DNA from: Candidatus Latescibacterota bacterium
Lineage (GTDB): Bacteria; Latescibacterota; UBA2968; SICM01
Direction of reading: 5' to 3'
Length of the DNA stretch: 64,000 nt
Assembly: GCA_965217865.1 (NCBI GenBank)
Contig: CBDCJO010000002.1
Location: 5,504,001 to 5,568,000, forward strand
Shown here: one piece after another, positions 20,096 to 29,042 of the stretch
How the letters are laid out: every line of letters begins with the position of its first letter
Position numbering within the stretch: the stretch's first letter is position 1
The notes under the pieces: generated by a model
Seen by the model: only the letters and a program-made list of their open reading frames with translations
Database searches by the model: none
What the model was told of the DNA's origin: nothing
Program-made: the position numbers and the translations under genes

Positions 20096-21033
20096 TTATG
20101 GTATAAATTTTGTTCTTTCATTTACCTTAAGCACAAATGCCGCTATCAGCCGCGCAGTTTGTTCTAAGTCTTTGAGTGACAGCAATTCAACGGGTGTGTG
20201 CATATAACGCAATGGAACACTCACAAGTCCGGTTGCGACTCCTGCTCGCGCCAGCTGCATTTCGTGGGCATCAGTACCGGTTGCTCCAGCTGCCGCTTCG
20301 AACTGATAGGGGATCTTCGCTCGTTTCGCTGTTGAGACAAGAAGATCCAGTACTACAGGGTTCACGTTTGCACCACGTGTCAGCACAGGTCCCTTACCTA
20401 TTTCCATGCTGCCGGATTGGCGGGGATCAACGCCGGGATGGTCTGTAGCCCAGGTCACGTCCACCGCTATCCCGACAGAGGGATCTACGCCAAAAGTGCT
20501 CGTTCGCGCACCTCGGATGCCGATCTCCTCTTGAACGGTAGCCACTGAAAAAAGCGCGGCTTTATCGGATCGCCAATGGCCACGAGGGACAAGGCATCCT
20601 TACGCGACTTGGCCCCGATGTCAATCCATAATTCGTGAATCTCATGAACTTTTCTCCTCTCAGAACCAGTCATTAAGTGGATGGGCTTTTTCCCGATTAC
20701 ACCCAGGATGGTCCCTTTCGAGTTTAGAATTCGGACCTTCCGGCCGGGGATTGGTCCGGGATCGAATCCCCCGATCGTTTGAAAGTATATAAATCCATTG
20801 TCATCAACGTGTACGATTTGGAATCCCAGTTCATCACAGTGGCCAGCAAGCATAATCCTTGGATTACCCTTTGGGTTCAAGGATGCAATGACATTGCCGT
20901 GCAGGTCTTCCCTGACTAAGTCCGCATATTTGGACACCTCTGTTCGGAAGACCTTACGAATGGCCTGTTCGAAACCGGATGGGCTTGGGGTCTCCAAAAG
21001 ACGTTTTAGAAATTCCAGCGATGTTCGGCGCAT
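20096..21033 (-). pseudogene. M42 aminopeptidase with internal deletion/frameshift
   Basis: PSPSGFE, AGHCDELG, TVQEEIG, GTDAH, RYMHTP present; GDP is joined directly to AALFSVATVQEE, losing the DDR metal-ligand segment. Confidence 0.8.
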
Positions 21034-21062
21034 AAATTGCCTCAGTTAACGAAGGTCGGTTA

Positions 21063-21162
21063 CTAGTACTTAGCTGCGCAAGTTTATGCGTGCAAATCCG
21101 CCCTTAACATCCTGTTTTTGCTAGGAAATCAGATTACGCGAATTTCCGCAGGTTAGTACTAG
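21063..21162. mobile_element. ~100-bp MITE-like element
   Basis: Imperfect 22-bp terminal IRs CTAGTACTTAGCTGCGCAAGTT / revcomp CTAGTACTAACCTGCGGAAATT, CTAG at both ends. Confidence 0.5.
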
Positions 21163-21211
21163 TTTGGAACCGGGCAAGTCCCTCTGATAAGGTACTTCGG
21201 AAGGATATCCC

Positions 21212-21402
21212 ACAAAAAAGGCCGACCTCATATGGTGAGGGTCGGCTTTCATCGTCTTTTGTGTGTTTAAACCGGGCCCGACCCGCCTTATGGCAGACCA
21301 CCGGAAACGTATCCTCCTCAGCAGGTAGGGAGCTCCGTCAAGGAGGGGGGAGCCGGCAGGGACAACATCGAAGGTTGTTCCATCGGGCCCGTGGGGAGAT
21401 GT
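21212..21402 (-). ncRNA. Candidate structured ncRNA or attenuator leader
   Basis: TTGATT-N17-TATTTT promoter; closing stem CGGGCCCGA/TCGGGCCCG with inner stems; terminator GCCGACC..GGTCGGC-T6. Confidence 0.5.
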
Positions 21403-21741
21403 ATGCGAAAAATAACTATTTGGGGGGGGGGAAATCAAGTATAAAGCGGCGGGAAACACGTTAGAAAATCTTAAAAGTCAATATATTGTGTTCTTTTTTC
21501 TGACCTCTACATCTCATAGGTCAAGTATCAAAAAATTCTATCCGAAGTCTCGTTTTTGATGTTCCTCCAGACCGGAATACCATCCTGAAATATATTCGAA
21601 CACTTGTGAAATCGGGATAAATAGAAAGCAGACTCAGAAAAATTCCTTCTTCCTCATTAGAGCAGCTGGCTTGATATGCCCCCGTAACGGACGCCCCCTC
21701 CCTTCCGAGTCCCGGTGTGAGTGAACTTTACAGAAGTCTTG

Positions 21742-22147
21742 TTATCCACTTTCTTCACTCAATTCCCGTATCTGCTTCCGTACGGTCTTCAACTGTTCCG
21801 TCAAATTCATCAACCGCTTGAACCGCTCAGGCGAAACCGGTTTCGACATGAGCAAATCCGCGAAATTGTCCACATTCTGCAAACCGTCGGCGTCCATGAG
21901 ATACCCCGAAATAATCGCGATCACTGCATGGGGACAGAGGCTTCTGACCACAGACAGAATATCCAATCCCGTGACACCTGGCATCCTGATATCGAGCGTA
22001 ACCAGATCATAAGTCATTCGAGTGGCAAAAGGCGAGGGCCTCCTCCCCGCTCGATGCTTGATCCACGTGTTCGGCCTTGAAAAGTCTGGCGGTGTCAGCG
22101 AGGAACCGAGCAACATCGGCACTGTCGTCAACGATCAAAACGCGCAT
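21742..22147 (-). CDS. Single-domain response regulator (frameshifted)
   Basis: MRVLIVDDS.. from ATG 22147, continuing in another frame as YDLVTLDIRMPGVTG..IISGY..SKP. Confidence 0.75.
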
Positions 22148-22215
22148 AAGAAACCCCTGGATGAGTACAATTGGTAATCTCGACCTTGAATCCCACCCTT
22201 CACTTTAGGAGAGCG

Positions 22216-23310
22216 CTAAAAGACTCTTCCGAACATGCCAGCAAACAGGAAAAAGTCTTCTAAACCGACGAACCCATCCCGATCCGTGTTGATCCGGGAC
22301 ACCGACCCGAAATATTGATGAATTCCTACAGCAGGATAGCCCAGGTCCAGGAATGCCTGATGGTCTGAACAGTTGCATCCTTCCCGGGTTCCGGTCGAAA
22401 TCAGCTCGAAAGGCCCCGTTCCTGCTCGGTTTCTCGGAACCAGATCCGTATAGTCGTGAGCCGCCTGAGCGATCTCCTCTGCCAAATCCAAAGAGCGGCT
22501 AGAGGTATCGATCGTGAATGCAGTCGGGAACTCTGCCGATCGGGTTCCAATTGCATCCACGTTAAGCACTGCCGAGATGTCATCGACTCGCTCTCGGATT
22601 AGTTCCGCATAACTTCGGCTCCCCCATAGGCCCAACTCCTCCCCATCGAAAAGGACGAAGACAACTGACAGATCCAAATCGGTAATAAAGAGCAACCGGG
22701 CAATCTCCAATACAACGGCCGTTCCGGTCGCGTTGTCGTCCGCCCCCGGGGCATAGGTGGTGTCAGGCTGGGTAACCGAACCCGGGTTACTCAAATTGAT
22801 CGAATCGTAATGTGCTCCCAACAACACAAACTTCTCCGGACGAAGGACACCGGGTTTAATGACTGCGACATTTCGCCCTTCGACCCCGTCCAGGATAAAC
22901 CGACGTCCCAGAAGGGTACGATCGAGGCTGATGGTAAACGGTTCGAACCGGACTTCCGGATAACCCGCGTTGAGGAGTCGGGCGCTGATCCAGTCCCCGG
23001 CGGACCGGTTGGAATTCGTTCCGACAAAACGGGTTCGAAACCCCACCAACCGCTCCCCGACCGCTCGAATACTATCCTCAAGGATTCCTTCGACCAAGCT
23101 CTGAATATCCGGATCGGGGGCGGCATGTGCGGGAGAAGAAAACGTGACCATCCAAACAAAGACGATCGTCCATCCGGTTGAGGAACAGCGTGATCCCTGA
23201 GCAGTCTCATGATTCTTCGGATGGGAATCGGAAAAAAATGCGCAGGGTAGAAGACCCTGCGCCTGTTCCCAAAACTTTGGAAGGATGTCAGACCGACGCT
23301 CTGATTTCAT
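22216..23310 (-). CDS. M28 family peptidase with C-terminal dockerin/EF-hand-like tail (possibly internally deleted)
   Basis: GAHYDS, PGADDNATG, GEELGLWGS, SDH; tail DRDGFVGLEDFFLFAGMFG. Confidence 0.75.
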   Translation of the reverse strand: MKSERRSDILPKFWEQAQGLLPCAFFSDSHPKNHETAQGSRCSSTGWTIVFVWMVTFSSPAHAAPDPDIQSLVEGILEDSIRAVGERLVGFRTRFVGTNSNRSAGDWISARLLNAGYPEVRFEPFTISLDRTLLGRRFILDGVEGRNVAVIKPGVLRPEKFVLLGAHYDSINLSNPGSVTQPDTTYAPGADDNATGTAVVLEIARLLFITDLDLSVVFVLFDGEELGLWGSRSYAELIRERVDDISAVLNVDAIGTRSAEFPTAFTIDTSSRSLDLAEEIAQAAHDYTDLVPRNRAGTGPFELISTGTREGCNCSDHQAFLDLGYPAVGIHQYFGSVSRINTDRDGFVGLEDFFLFAGMFGRVF

Positions 23311-23412
23311 GTAAATCGGTGCCGAGCCTCATTGCTGCGCTGGTGATAGGGTCGGGTCGCCTCTGGTTGGCCGCCTCCCTTCGGATCAACTATCGTGCGG
23401 ATCCCTAGGGAT

Positions 23413-23550
23413 CTATTCGCTGCTCTTTATAGTCGTCGTGGTTTTTGTCCCTGCTTTCCGACCTTCCTGAACTCGGGCTTTGATCGCCTCCTTGCGACGT
23501 TTCCGTTTTCGGCGAAGTTCCCGGCTCCGTTCCGTTCCACGTCCTGACAA
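23413..23550 (-). CDS. Small basic 45-aa protein (DUF6800-like)
   Basis: GAGGAGG RBS, TTG start: MSGRGTERSRELRRKRKRRKEAIKARVQEG...; not in the ORF track. Confidence 0.55.
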   Translation of the reverse strand: MSGRGTERSRELRRKRKRRKEAIKARVQEGRKAGTKTTTTIKSSE

Positions 23551-23730
23551 TTAGGCCTCCTCTCAGATGATTTTCATAACCGGGGGCTTCCCAAAGAGCC
23601 TTCCGGATAAGATTATCCTTTTCGATTGAATATACTTAAGGTTCTCTGGAATGTCAAACAAAACAGTCAGTTGGGTTGTCTTCTTTCAACTCTGTTATGC
23701 CAGTGGTAGGGTCCACTGGATCTTTAAGGG

Positions 23731-23768
23731 GAAAAAATTCGGCCCCCAACCCAAAGGGCTGGAGGCCG
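23731..23768 (-). terminator. Flagellin terminator
   Basis: CGGCCTCCAGCCC..GGGTTGGGGGCCG followed by a T-run on the minus strand. Confidence 0.6.
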
Positions 23769-23819
23769 TTCTTCGTCCGTAGGGGTAGGGGTGATCGACG
23801 GACGAATGGAATAGATTCG

Positions 23820-24965
23820 TTATTGGAGGAGCGTCAGGGCATTCTGAGGTAGCGCGTTCGCCTGAGCCAGGAGTGCGGTGCCCGCATTTGTCAGGATTTG
23901 GCTCCGGGTGAATTCGGAGACCTCCTCGGCAACATCCGTGTCTCGAATGGTCGATTCCGAAGCCTGAAGGTTTTCAAATGCGATGTTGTTGCGGGCGATC
24001 GTGAAGCCCAATCGGCTTTGCTGGATCCCGAGTTCCCCGCGCACCTCCGTGACGGTATCGATCGCCAGATCCAGGGATGAAAGGGCGGATCGGGCGCTGG
24101 ATTGGGAGTTGATCGAAATCACGCCAAGGTTGAGCTTTGCCCCTGTGGCCCTCATGTCTTCAATCGTGACGCTGATTCGATCCGTCGAGGCGGCGCTCCC
24201 ACCCACCTGGATGTCACCACCGGTCCCTGCGGAGATCAGCAGGGTGGTATTGTCTAGGTCTCCGTCCGAATAGGTATCGTTAAGGGTGATGGACAGCCCG
24301 AGCCGATCGAAGTTGACAAGGGCGGTTGTCCCGGTGGCAACCTGGTTGCCGTCGAGGACCGTACCGATATTGACTGTCTGAGTAATCGTACCGTTGCCGA
24401 TCGTGACCTGGCTATCTGTGGTGCCAGAGTCGACGAAAGTATAAGTCCCTGACTGCGCCCCGGACAGGATGACCTGCGTCAGGCCGGTGTTGGCGGAGAT
24501 CAGCGACGTCGAAACCGAGGTATCTCGACTGACCGTGTTTCCGAATCCGGTCAGGAGAGTACTTCCATTGTAAGTCGTCGAATTCGCGATCCGATCGATC
24601 TCCGAGACAAGCTGGATCACTTCTGAGTTTAACGACAACCGATTCGTGTCGTTCAGTGTGGATGAGGCCCCCTGCATGGCAAGTTCCCGCATCCGGAGGA
24701 GCATTGCACTGACCTCGTTGAGGGCGCCTTCCGCTGTCTGGATCAGGTTGGTACCCTGTTCGGCGTTCTTCGTCCCAACAGATAGGCCAATCAATTCCGC
24801 GCGCATCCCCTCGGAGACACTCAAACCTGAAGGATCGTCCGCGGATTTATTGATTTTTAGCCCTGAAGAGAGTCTCTCCAATCGCTTGCCCAGGTCCTGG
24901 CTGTTGATACCCAGGTGCCTTCGGCCGTTGAGGGAGATAATATTATGATTGACGCGTAGTGGCAT
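23820..24965 (-). CDS. fliC: Flagellin
   Basis: MPLRVNHN..LERLSSGLKINKSADD..QTAEGAL..RMRELA; C-terminal SxIRDTDVAEE..QIL..LAQAN; SD AAGGAGG. Confidence 0.95.
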   Translation of the reverse strand: MPLRVNHNIISLNGRRHLGINSQDLGKRLERLSSGLKINKSADDPSGLSVSEGMRAELIGLSVGTKNAEQGTNLIQTAEGALNEVSAMLLRMRELAMQGASSTLNDTNRLSLNSEVIQLVSEIDRIANSTTYNGSTLLTGFGNTVSRDTSVSTSLISANTGLTQVILSGAQSGTYTFVDSGTTDSQVTIGNGTITQTVNIGTVLDGNQVATGTTALVNFDRLGLSITLNDTYSDGDLDNTTLLISAGTGGDIQVGGSAASTDRISVTIEDMRATGAKLNLGVISINSQSSARSALSSLDLAIDTVTEVRGELGIQQSRLGFTIARNNIAFENLQASESTIRDTDVAEEVSEFTRSQILTNAGTALLAQANALPQNALTLLQ

Positions 24966-24995
24966 TTTAAACCTCCTTGTCGCAACCCGCTCGTT

Positions 24996-25069
24996 AGCTT
25001 CCGTGCTTGATGTTACCAATTGGTATTTAGTAGTATCTGTATTATCGTTCGATCCTTTAACCAATTTTA
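24996..25069 (-). promoter_or_regulatory. Sigma-28-like promoter and CsrA-type GGA hairpin in the flagellin leader
   Basis: TAAA-N16-AACGATAA; AGCACGGAAGCT hairpin upstream of the ACAAGGAGG SD. Confidence 0.55.
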
Positions 25070-25402
25070 TGCGGATTTTGTTCTCAAATATAATTTTAGC
25101 CTTTCCATCCTCAATAAAATCAAGTTCAAGTTCTTTACTTCGAATATTTTTTACCTATACTTATCTACAGCGAAGGCCCGCTTTGAGCCGACTTCATTCC
25201 CCTTGACTAATTCAATCCCCCCCGGTATTTTCCTGGGGGCCCACAGAATTAGAGTCTTACATTATAGCTTCTACGCAAGATGGGTACATCTTTTTGATTG
25301 CGGCTCAGCGGATAGGCTCTCCCCTCGGCCGCCCCCCGTCAATAGAATGCCCGCTCCTGGGCCGAAGACACCCGCAATAGCACCCGGTGGTGGCTCCAAC
25401 CC

Positions 25403-25426
25403 AATTGTGAATACGTATTCACAATT
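25403..25426. promoter_or_regulatory. Perfect 24-bp palindrome, candidate operator
   Basis: AATTGTGAATAC|GTATTCACAATT. Confidence 0.5.
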
Positions 25427-25529
25427 CCAAACGGGCGGTACATTCGAAGCGCCTCATACATCTTTTTGTTTGCGGCTGAGTGGAAGCGAAGCGCAAGAGG
25501 CTTTTAAAAATTAATCGGAGCTCTTCTCC

Positions 25530-26198
25530 TTGAACACGGAAATCCATCCAAAAAGAGTATTAATCCTCGACGACCAGCCGGTGGTTCTCGAACAGCTCGA
25601 TCGCTGTCTTCGGAATCACAACTTCGAACCGATCCCGACCACCAGCTGGACCACAGCAATCGACCTGGTGACTCACAATACCCCCGATCTTGCCATCCTG
25701 GACTTACAGATGCCGACAATTCAGGGGAATTCGGTTTTAGACCTGATCCGGCAGGATGGACATTCCTTTCCCATTATTGTGATGTCTGCCTATCTAAACG
25801 AAGAGAAAATGGATGAACTCCGGCTCCTCGGTGCAAATGACTTTTTATCCAAACCTTTTCATCTTAACGACTTAGTGAACACGGTCCAGAGGCTTCTTGG
25901 ACAACCCCCCGTACCTGAATCCCCTCAAGAATCCGAGGAATCGGAAAGCTCTCCGAAAGAGGCCACAGCAATATTACCTGAAGAACTCGCCGATTCTGCA
26001 GTTCAAGAGACACAAGAAGACGACCCTCCCAAATATCCGAGGAAGCAGCGGATACACAAGCGGGAACTCCTGACTTATGCAAGAATAGCCTTGATCTGCC
26101 TGTTCGGGGCGTTCATCATCATCGTGATCAAAATGGGCTACACATCTGAAGACTTCGTCTCACAGGTGAAACAATTTCTTTTCGCAATTAGAATCTAA
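25530..26198 (+). CDS. Response regulator receiver domain with acidic linker and C-terminal TM helix
   Basis: VLILDD, DLAILDLQMP, MSAY, SKPF; the last codons are replaced by the IS1595 left end. Confidence 0.8.
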   Translation: MNTEIHPKRVLILDDQPVVLEQLDRCLRNHNFEPIPTTSWTTAIDLVTHNTPDLAILDLQMPTIQGNSVLDLIRQDGHSFPIIVMSAYLNEEKMDELRLLGANDFLSKPFHLNDLVNTVQRLLGQPPVPESPQESEESESSPKEATAILPEELADSAVQETQEDDPPKYPRKQRIHKRELLTYARIALICLFGAFIIIVIKMGYTSEDFVSQVKQFLFAIRI

Positions 26199-26279
26199 GG
26201 GCTTGACTTTTACCCTCTTTTCGGTTATATTAAGTGTAGTGAAAACAACCAACTTAACCAAAAAAGAGGAGGAAGGAAA

Positions 26280-27164
26280 ATGAACTTGTTGACGGCGATT
26301 GAAAGGTTCCCTACTCAGGAATCATGCATTGATCACCTTGAGCGGGTGAGATTCGGAGATGATCCGTTTTGTCCGCTCTGCGGTGTCGTTGGTGACGTTG
26401 CCCGCAAGAAGGACCGTAACCGCGTTGGACGCTGGAACTGTCATGCCTGCGGGTCCAGCTTCAATGTTCTTTCAGGGACAATATTTCAGAAAACGTACCT
26501 GCCGCTTCAGAAGTGGTTTATGGCAATCGCCTTGATCGTGAACGCCAAGAAGAGCCTGTCCAGTTGTCAGCTTGCCCGGGACCTGAACCTTACCCAGCGG
26601 TCGGCATGGTATATGCAACAGCGGATTCGTGCCGAGATGGCGACAAGGAATGGTAGAGTGCTCTTGCGAGGAATCATCGAGGCAGATGAGACCTACGTAG
26701 GAGGCAAGCCACGGAAGCGTAACAAGCGGTCAGGAGGCGGCGGCAACGCTCCCAGGGGGCGCGGAACCCGCAAGACTCCGGTTATAGGGGCAGTGGAGCG
26801 TGGCGGGAAGGTGGTTGCCCGTGTGGCGGACGATCTATCTGGCAAGGGAGTTCTGGCCTTCGTCAAGCAGGCGATAGACCCCGAAGGGTCGATGCTTGTC
26901 ACGGATGAATACAGTGCTTATAATACCGTAAGGCAAATCATGAGTCACGCTGTGATCCACCATGCCAGGCATTATGCGGACGGTGACATACACACGAATA
27001 CGATTGAAGGCGTGTGGTCTCTGCTCAAGCGTGCCTGGTACGGTTCCCATCATCACTACACGAAGCGTTACACGCCGTTCTATGTGGCTGAGGCGTGTTA
27101 CAAATACAACAACCGGAAGAACAAGCGGACGTTTGACACGTTCATGAAGGGGTGCTTCGCGTAG
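26280..27164 (+). CDS. IS1595-family transposase
   Basis: Zn ribbon CPLCG..CHAC, GTIF, EADETYVGG, TDEYSAY, HTNTIEGVWSLLKR, Y..E..Y.YN.R. Confidence 0.95.
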   Translation: MNLLTAIERFPTQESCIDHLERVRFGDDPFCPLCGVVGDVARKKDRNRVGRWNCHACGSSFNVLSGTIFQKTYLPLQKWFMAIALIVNAKKSLSSCQLARDLNLTQRSAWYMQQRIRAEMATRNGRVLLRGIIEADETYVGGKPRKRNKRSGGGGNAPRGRGTRKTPVIGAVERGGKVVARVADDLSGKGVLAFVKQAIDPEGSMLVTDEYSAYNTVRQIMSHAVIHHARHYADGDIHTNTIEGVWSLLKRAWYGSHHHYTKRYTPFYVAEACYKYNNRKNKRTFDTFMKGCFA

Positions 27165-27165
27165 A

Positions 27166-27696
27166 GTGTTTCTTAATATGGAGGTCGCAGAAATGAAGCC
27201 AATGACTCAACTTATTAATAGAATTGAAGAGAAAGACAAACTGTTCTTCAGCTTGTCGGACACACTTGACGTCAAAGCAAGCGTTTCGTTGATTCTGATC
27301 ACGTTTCTGTCCACACAAACCGCTTATTTTCTTAACCTTGACACTGCACACGTAGTTGTATCATCTGCCCAAACTCTCTCTGCAATAGCCCTTAGTGTGG
27401 GCGGAATTCTGGCACTGATTATTCTCTGGCCACGTTGCCATGAGACCGAAAGCATAGAGAAATGGGATCCCTGGTATCAAGAACTAAAAAAGTATTTTGA
27501 GGGCAAACCGGAAGCCGATCAAAAAGCTGATGAACTGTTTGAACGTGAAAGGTTCAATGGTCTGAAGAAACAAATAAAACACAACCGCTCCATCGTTGGC
27601 CAGAAGGCATGTCTTGCCACGTGGTGCTATGGATGCATAGCACTCTCTGTTTTATTAAATCTCGCGTGCCTTCTCTTACACAACACACTTCGCTAA
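27166..27696 (+). CDS. Multi-TM membrane protein (Pycsar effector PycTM-like topology)
   Basis: LDVKAS before TM1, LWPR after TM2, N..I..QK before the last TM. Confidence 0.55.
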   Translation: MFLNMEVAEMKPMTQLINRIEEKDKLFFSLSDTLDVKASVSLILITFLSTQTAYFLNLDTAHVVVSSAQTLSAIALSVGGILALIILWPRCHETESIEKWDPWYQELKKYFEGKPEADQKADELFERERFNGLKKQIKHNRSIVGQKACLATWCYGCIALSVLLNLACLLLHNTLR

Positions 27697-27800
27697 CCGC
27701 CTTTAGTGACTCGTTCTGGCTGGGGCGGAGGAGGCGGTGGTGGCGGTGGTGGCGGTGGTGGCGGTGTCTGTTTTTGGTCGTTGTTTTTTTCGTCTGCCAT
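27693..27800 (-). CDS. 35-aa poly-proline micropeptide
   Basis: RBS GAAAGGAG, ATG 27800: MADEKNNDQKQT-P14-QPERVTKGG*; not in the ORF track. Confidence 0.6.
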   Translation of the reverse strand: MADEKNNDQKQTPPPPPPPPPPPPPPQPERVTKGG

Positions 27801-27818
27801 TTGAATTCTCCTTTCGAT

Positions 27819-29042
27819 TTACAGGATACCATCCGCCTTCAATTTGGAGATCAGATGTTCCTGTGTGTTGGATCCCTTGACGCTGTTGCAGGCTCCGCAT
27901 AGCAGTTGCAGGTTGTCCAGATGATCGGTTCCTCCTTTGCTCTTGGGCGTGACATGATCCACCACGAAGTTTCTGAAGTGAAATGTTGAACGGCACCCTT
28001 TGCACATTCCTTCCTGCTTGCCGAACAGGACATGCCTATGTGTACGGTAGTTGGGAAGCTTGCCTACGTCCGTTCGTTTTGGAACGTCGGTTCGCTTGAC
28101 GGGCGTGAAGTCGCTGAACAGGTCGAGTTGCCGGATGCGGACCTGAACAAGATCAACCGCTTTCTCCGATATGTCTATACCCACCCATTGGCGGTGCAGC
28201 TTTTCGGCAGCAACGCAGGCGGTGGCGCAGCCCGCGAATGGGTCCAGGACAATATCTCCCTCCTGGCTCGACGCTTTAACGATTCGCTCCAAGAGGGCAA
28301 GGGGTTTCTGGGTAGGATAGCCGACACGTTCGCGTTGATTGGTCAGCTTTGGAATACCGACCCACCAGTCTTCCGGCACCTTGCCAACCCCAAGCATGGT
28401 TTCAACGTCGGCCCTGCTCCGCTTTTCGTTCGTGAACCAGCTGTCATCTGCGCGTCCTTTCCGGGCGAGCGTTTCAGGATGATACGGTACGCGCACGGCA
28501 TCACGGTAAAACGACGCAGTCGTTTTGCGGCAGTACCACAAAACCGTGTCATGCTTGCGTGGAAACCATCGAGGTGTATTGCTCGCACCTGTATAGCACC
28601 ATACAATTTCGTTCCTGAAATTGGATTTTCCGAACACAGCATCCATGAGCAGCTTCAGGTAATGGCTGGCCGTGGGGTCGCAATGCAGGTACAGACTTCC
28701 GGTTGTCTTGAGCAACCGCTTCATTTCGAGCAGCCTTACGGCTATCATGATCAAATACGATTTCATGCCTTTCCCGTGCGCCAAGCCTGATGCGTCAATG
28801 ATCGAATATAGGGCCGGTTGCTTGTCTGCGATCTCTCCGTGCCATGCTTCGTCCACGTCCGAAAGCGTCCACGTGTCTTTGAATGCAGCCCCGGCCGCCT
28901 CGCTCCCCACGGGTGCGGCATAGTTCCGCTTGCTATTGAAAGGAGGATCGAGGTAGATCAGGTCTACGCTCCCGGAGTTCATACCACGCATGATGTCCAG
29001 GTTGTCACCCGTCCACATCGTGCGGTTCTTAAAGTTGGGCAT
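27819..29042 (-). CDS. N6/N4 DNA methyltransferase (beta class) fused to a C-terminal HNH endonuclease
   Basis: YLDPPF, YPTQKP, LDPFAGCAT; then CKGC...DHVTPKSKGG..NLQLLCGACNSVK. Confidence 0.9.
   Translation of the reverse strand: MPNFKNRTMWTGDNLDIMRGMNSGSVDLIYLDPPFNSKRNYAAPVGSEAAGAAFKDTWTLSDVDEAWHGEIADKQPALYSIIDASGLAHGKGMKSYLIMIAVRLLEMKRLLKTTGSLYLHCDPTASHYLKLLMDAVFGKSNFRNEIVWCYTGASNTPRWFPRKHDTVLWYCRKTTASFYRDAVRVPYHPETLARKGRADDSWFTNEKRSRADVETMLGVGKVPEDWWVGIPKLTNQRERVGYPTQKPLALLERIVKASSQEGDIVLDPFAGCATACVAAEKLHRQWVGIDISEKAVDLVQVRIRQLDLFSDFTPVKRTDVPKRTDVGKLPNYRTHRHVLFGKQEGMCKGCRSTFHFRNFVVDHVTPKSKGGTDHLDNLQLLCGACNSVKGSNTQEHLISKLKADGIL

Noticed and set aside
27554-28005. His/Arg, Trp/Arg and Thr/Ala repeat ORFs over the GC-rich repeat
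   Set aside because: Alternative frames of the poly-Pro tract; only the Pro frame has an RBS and ATG
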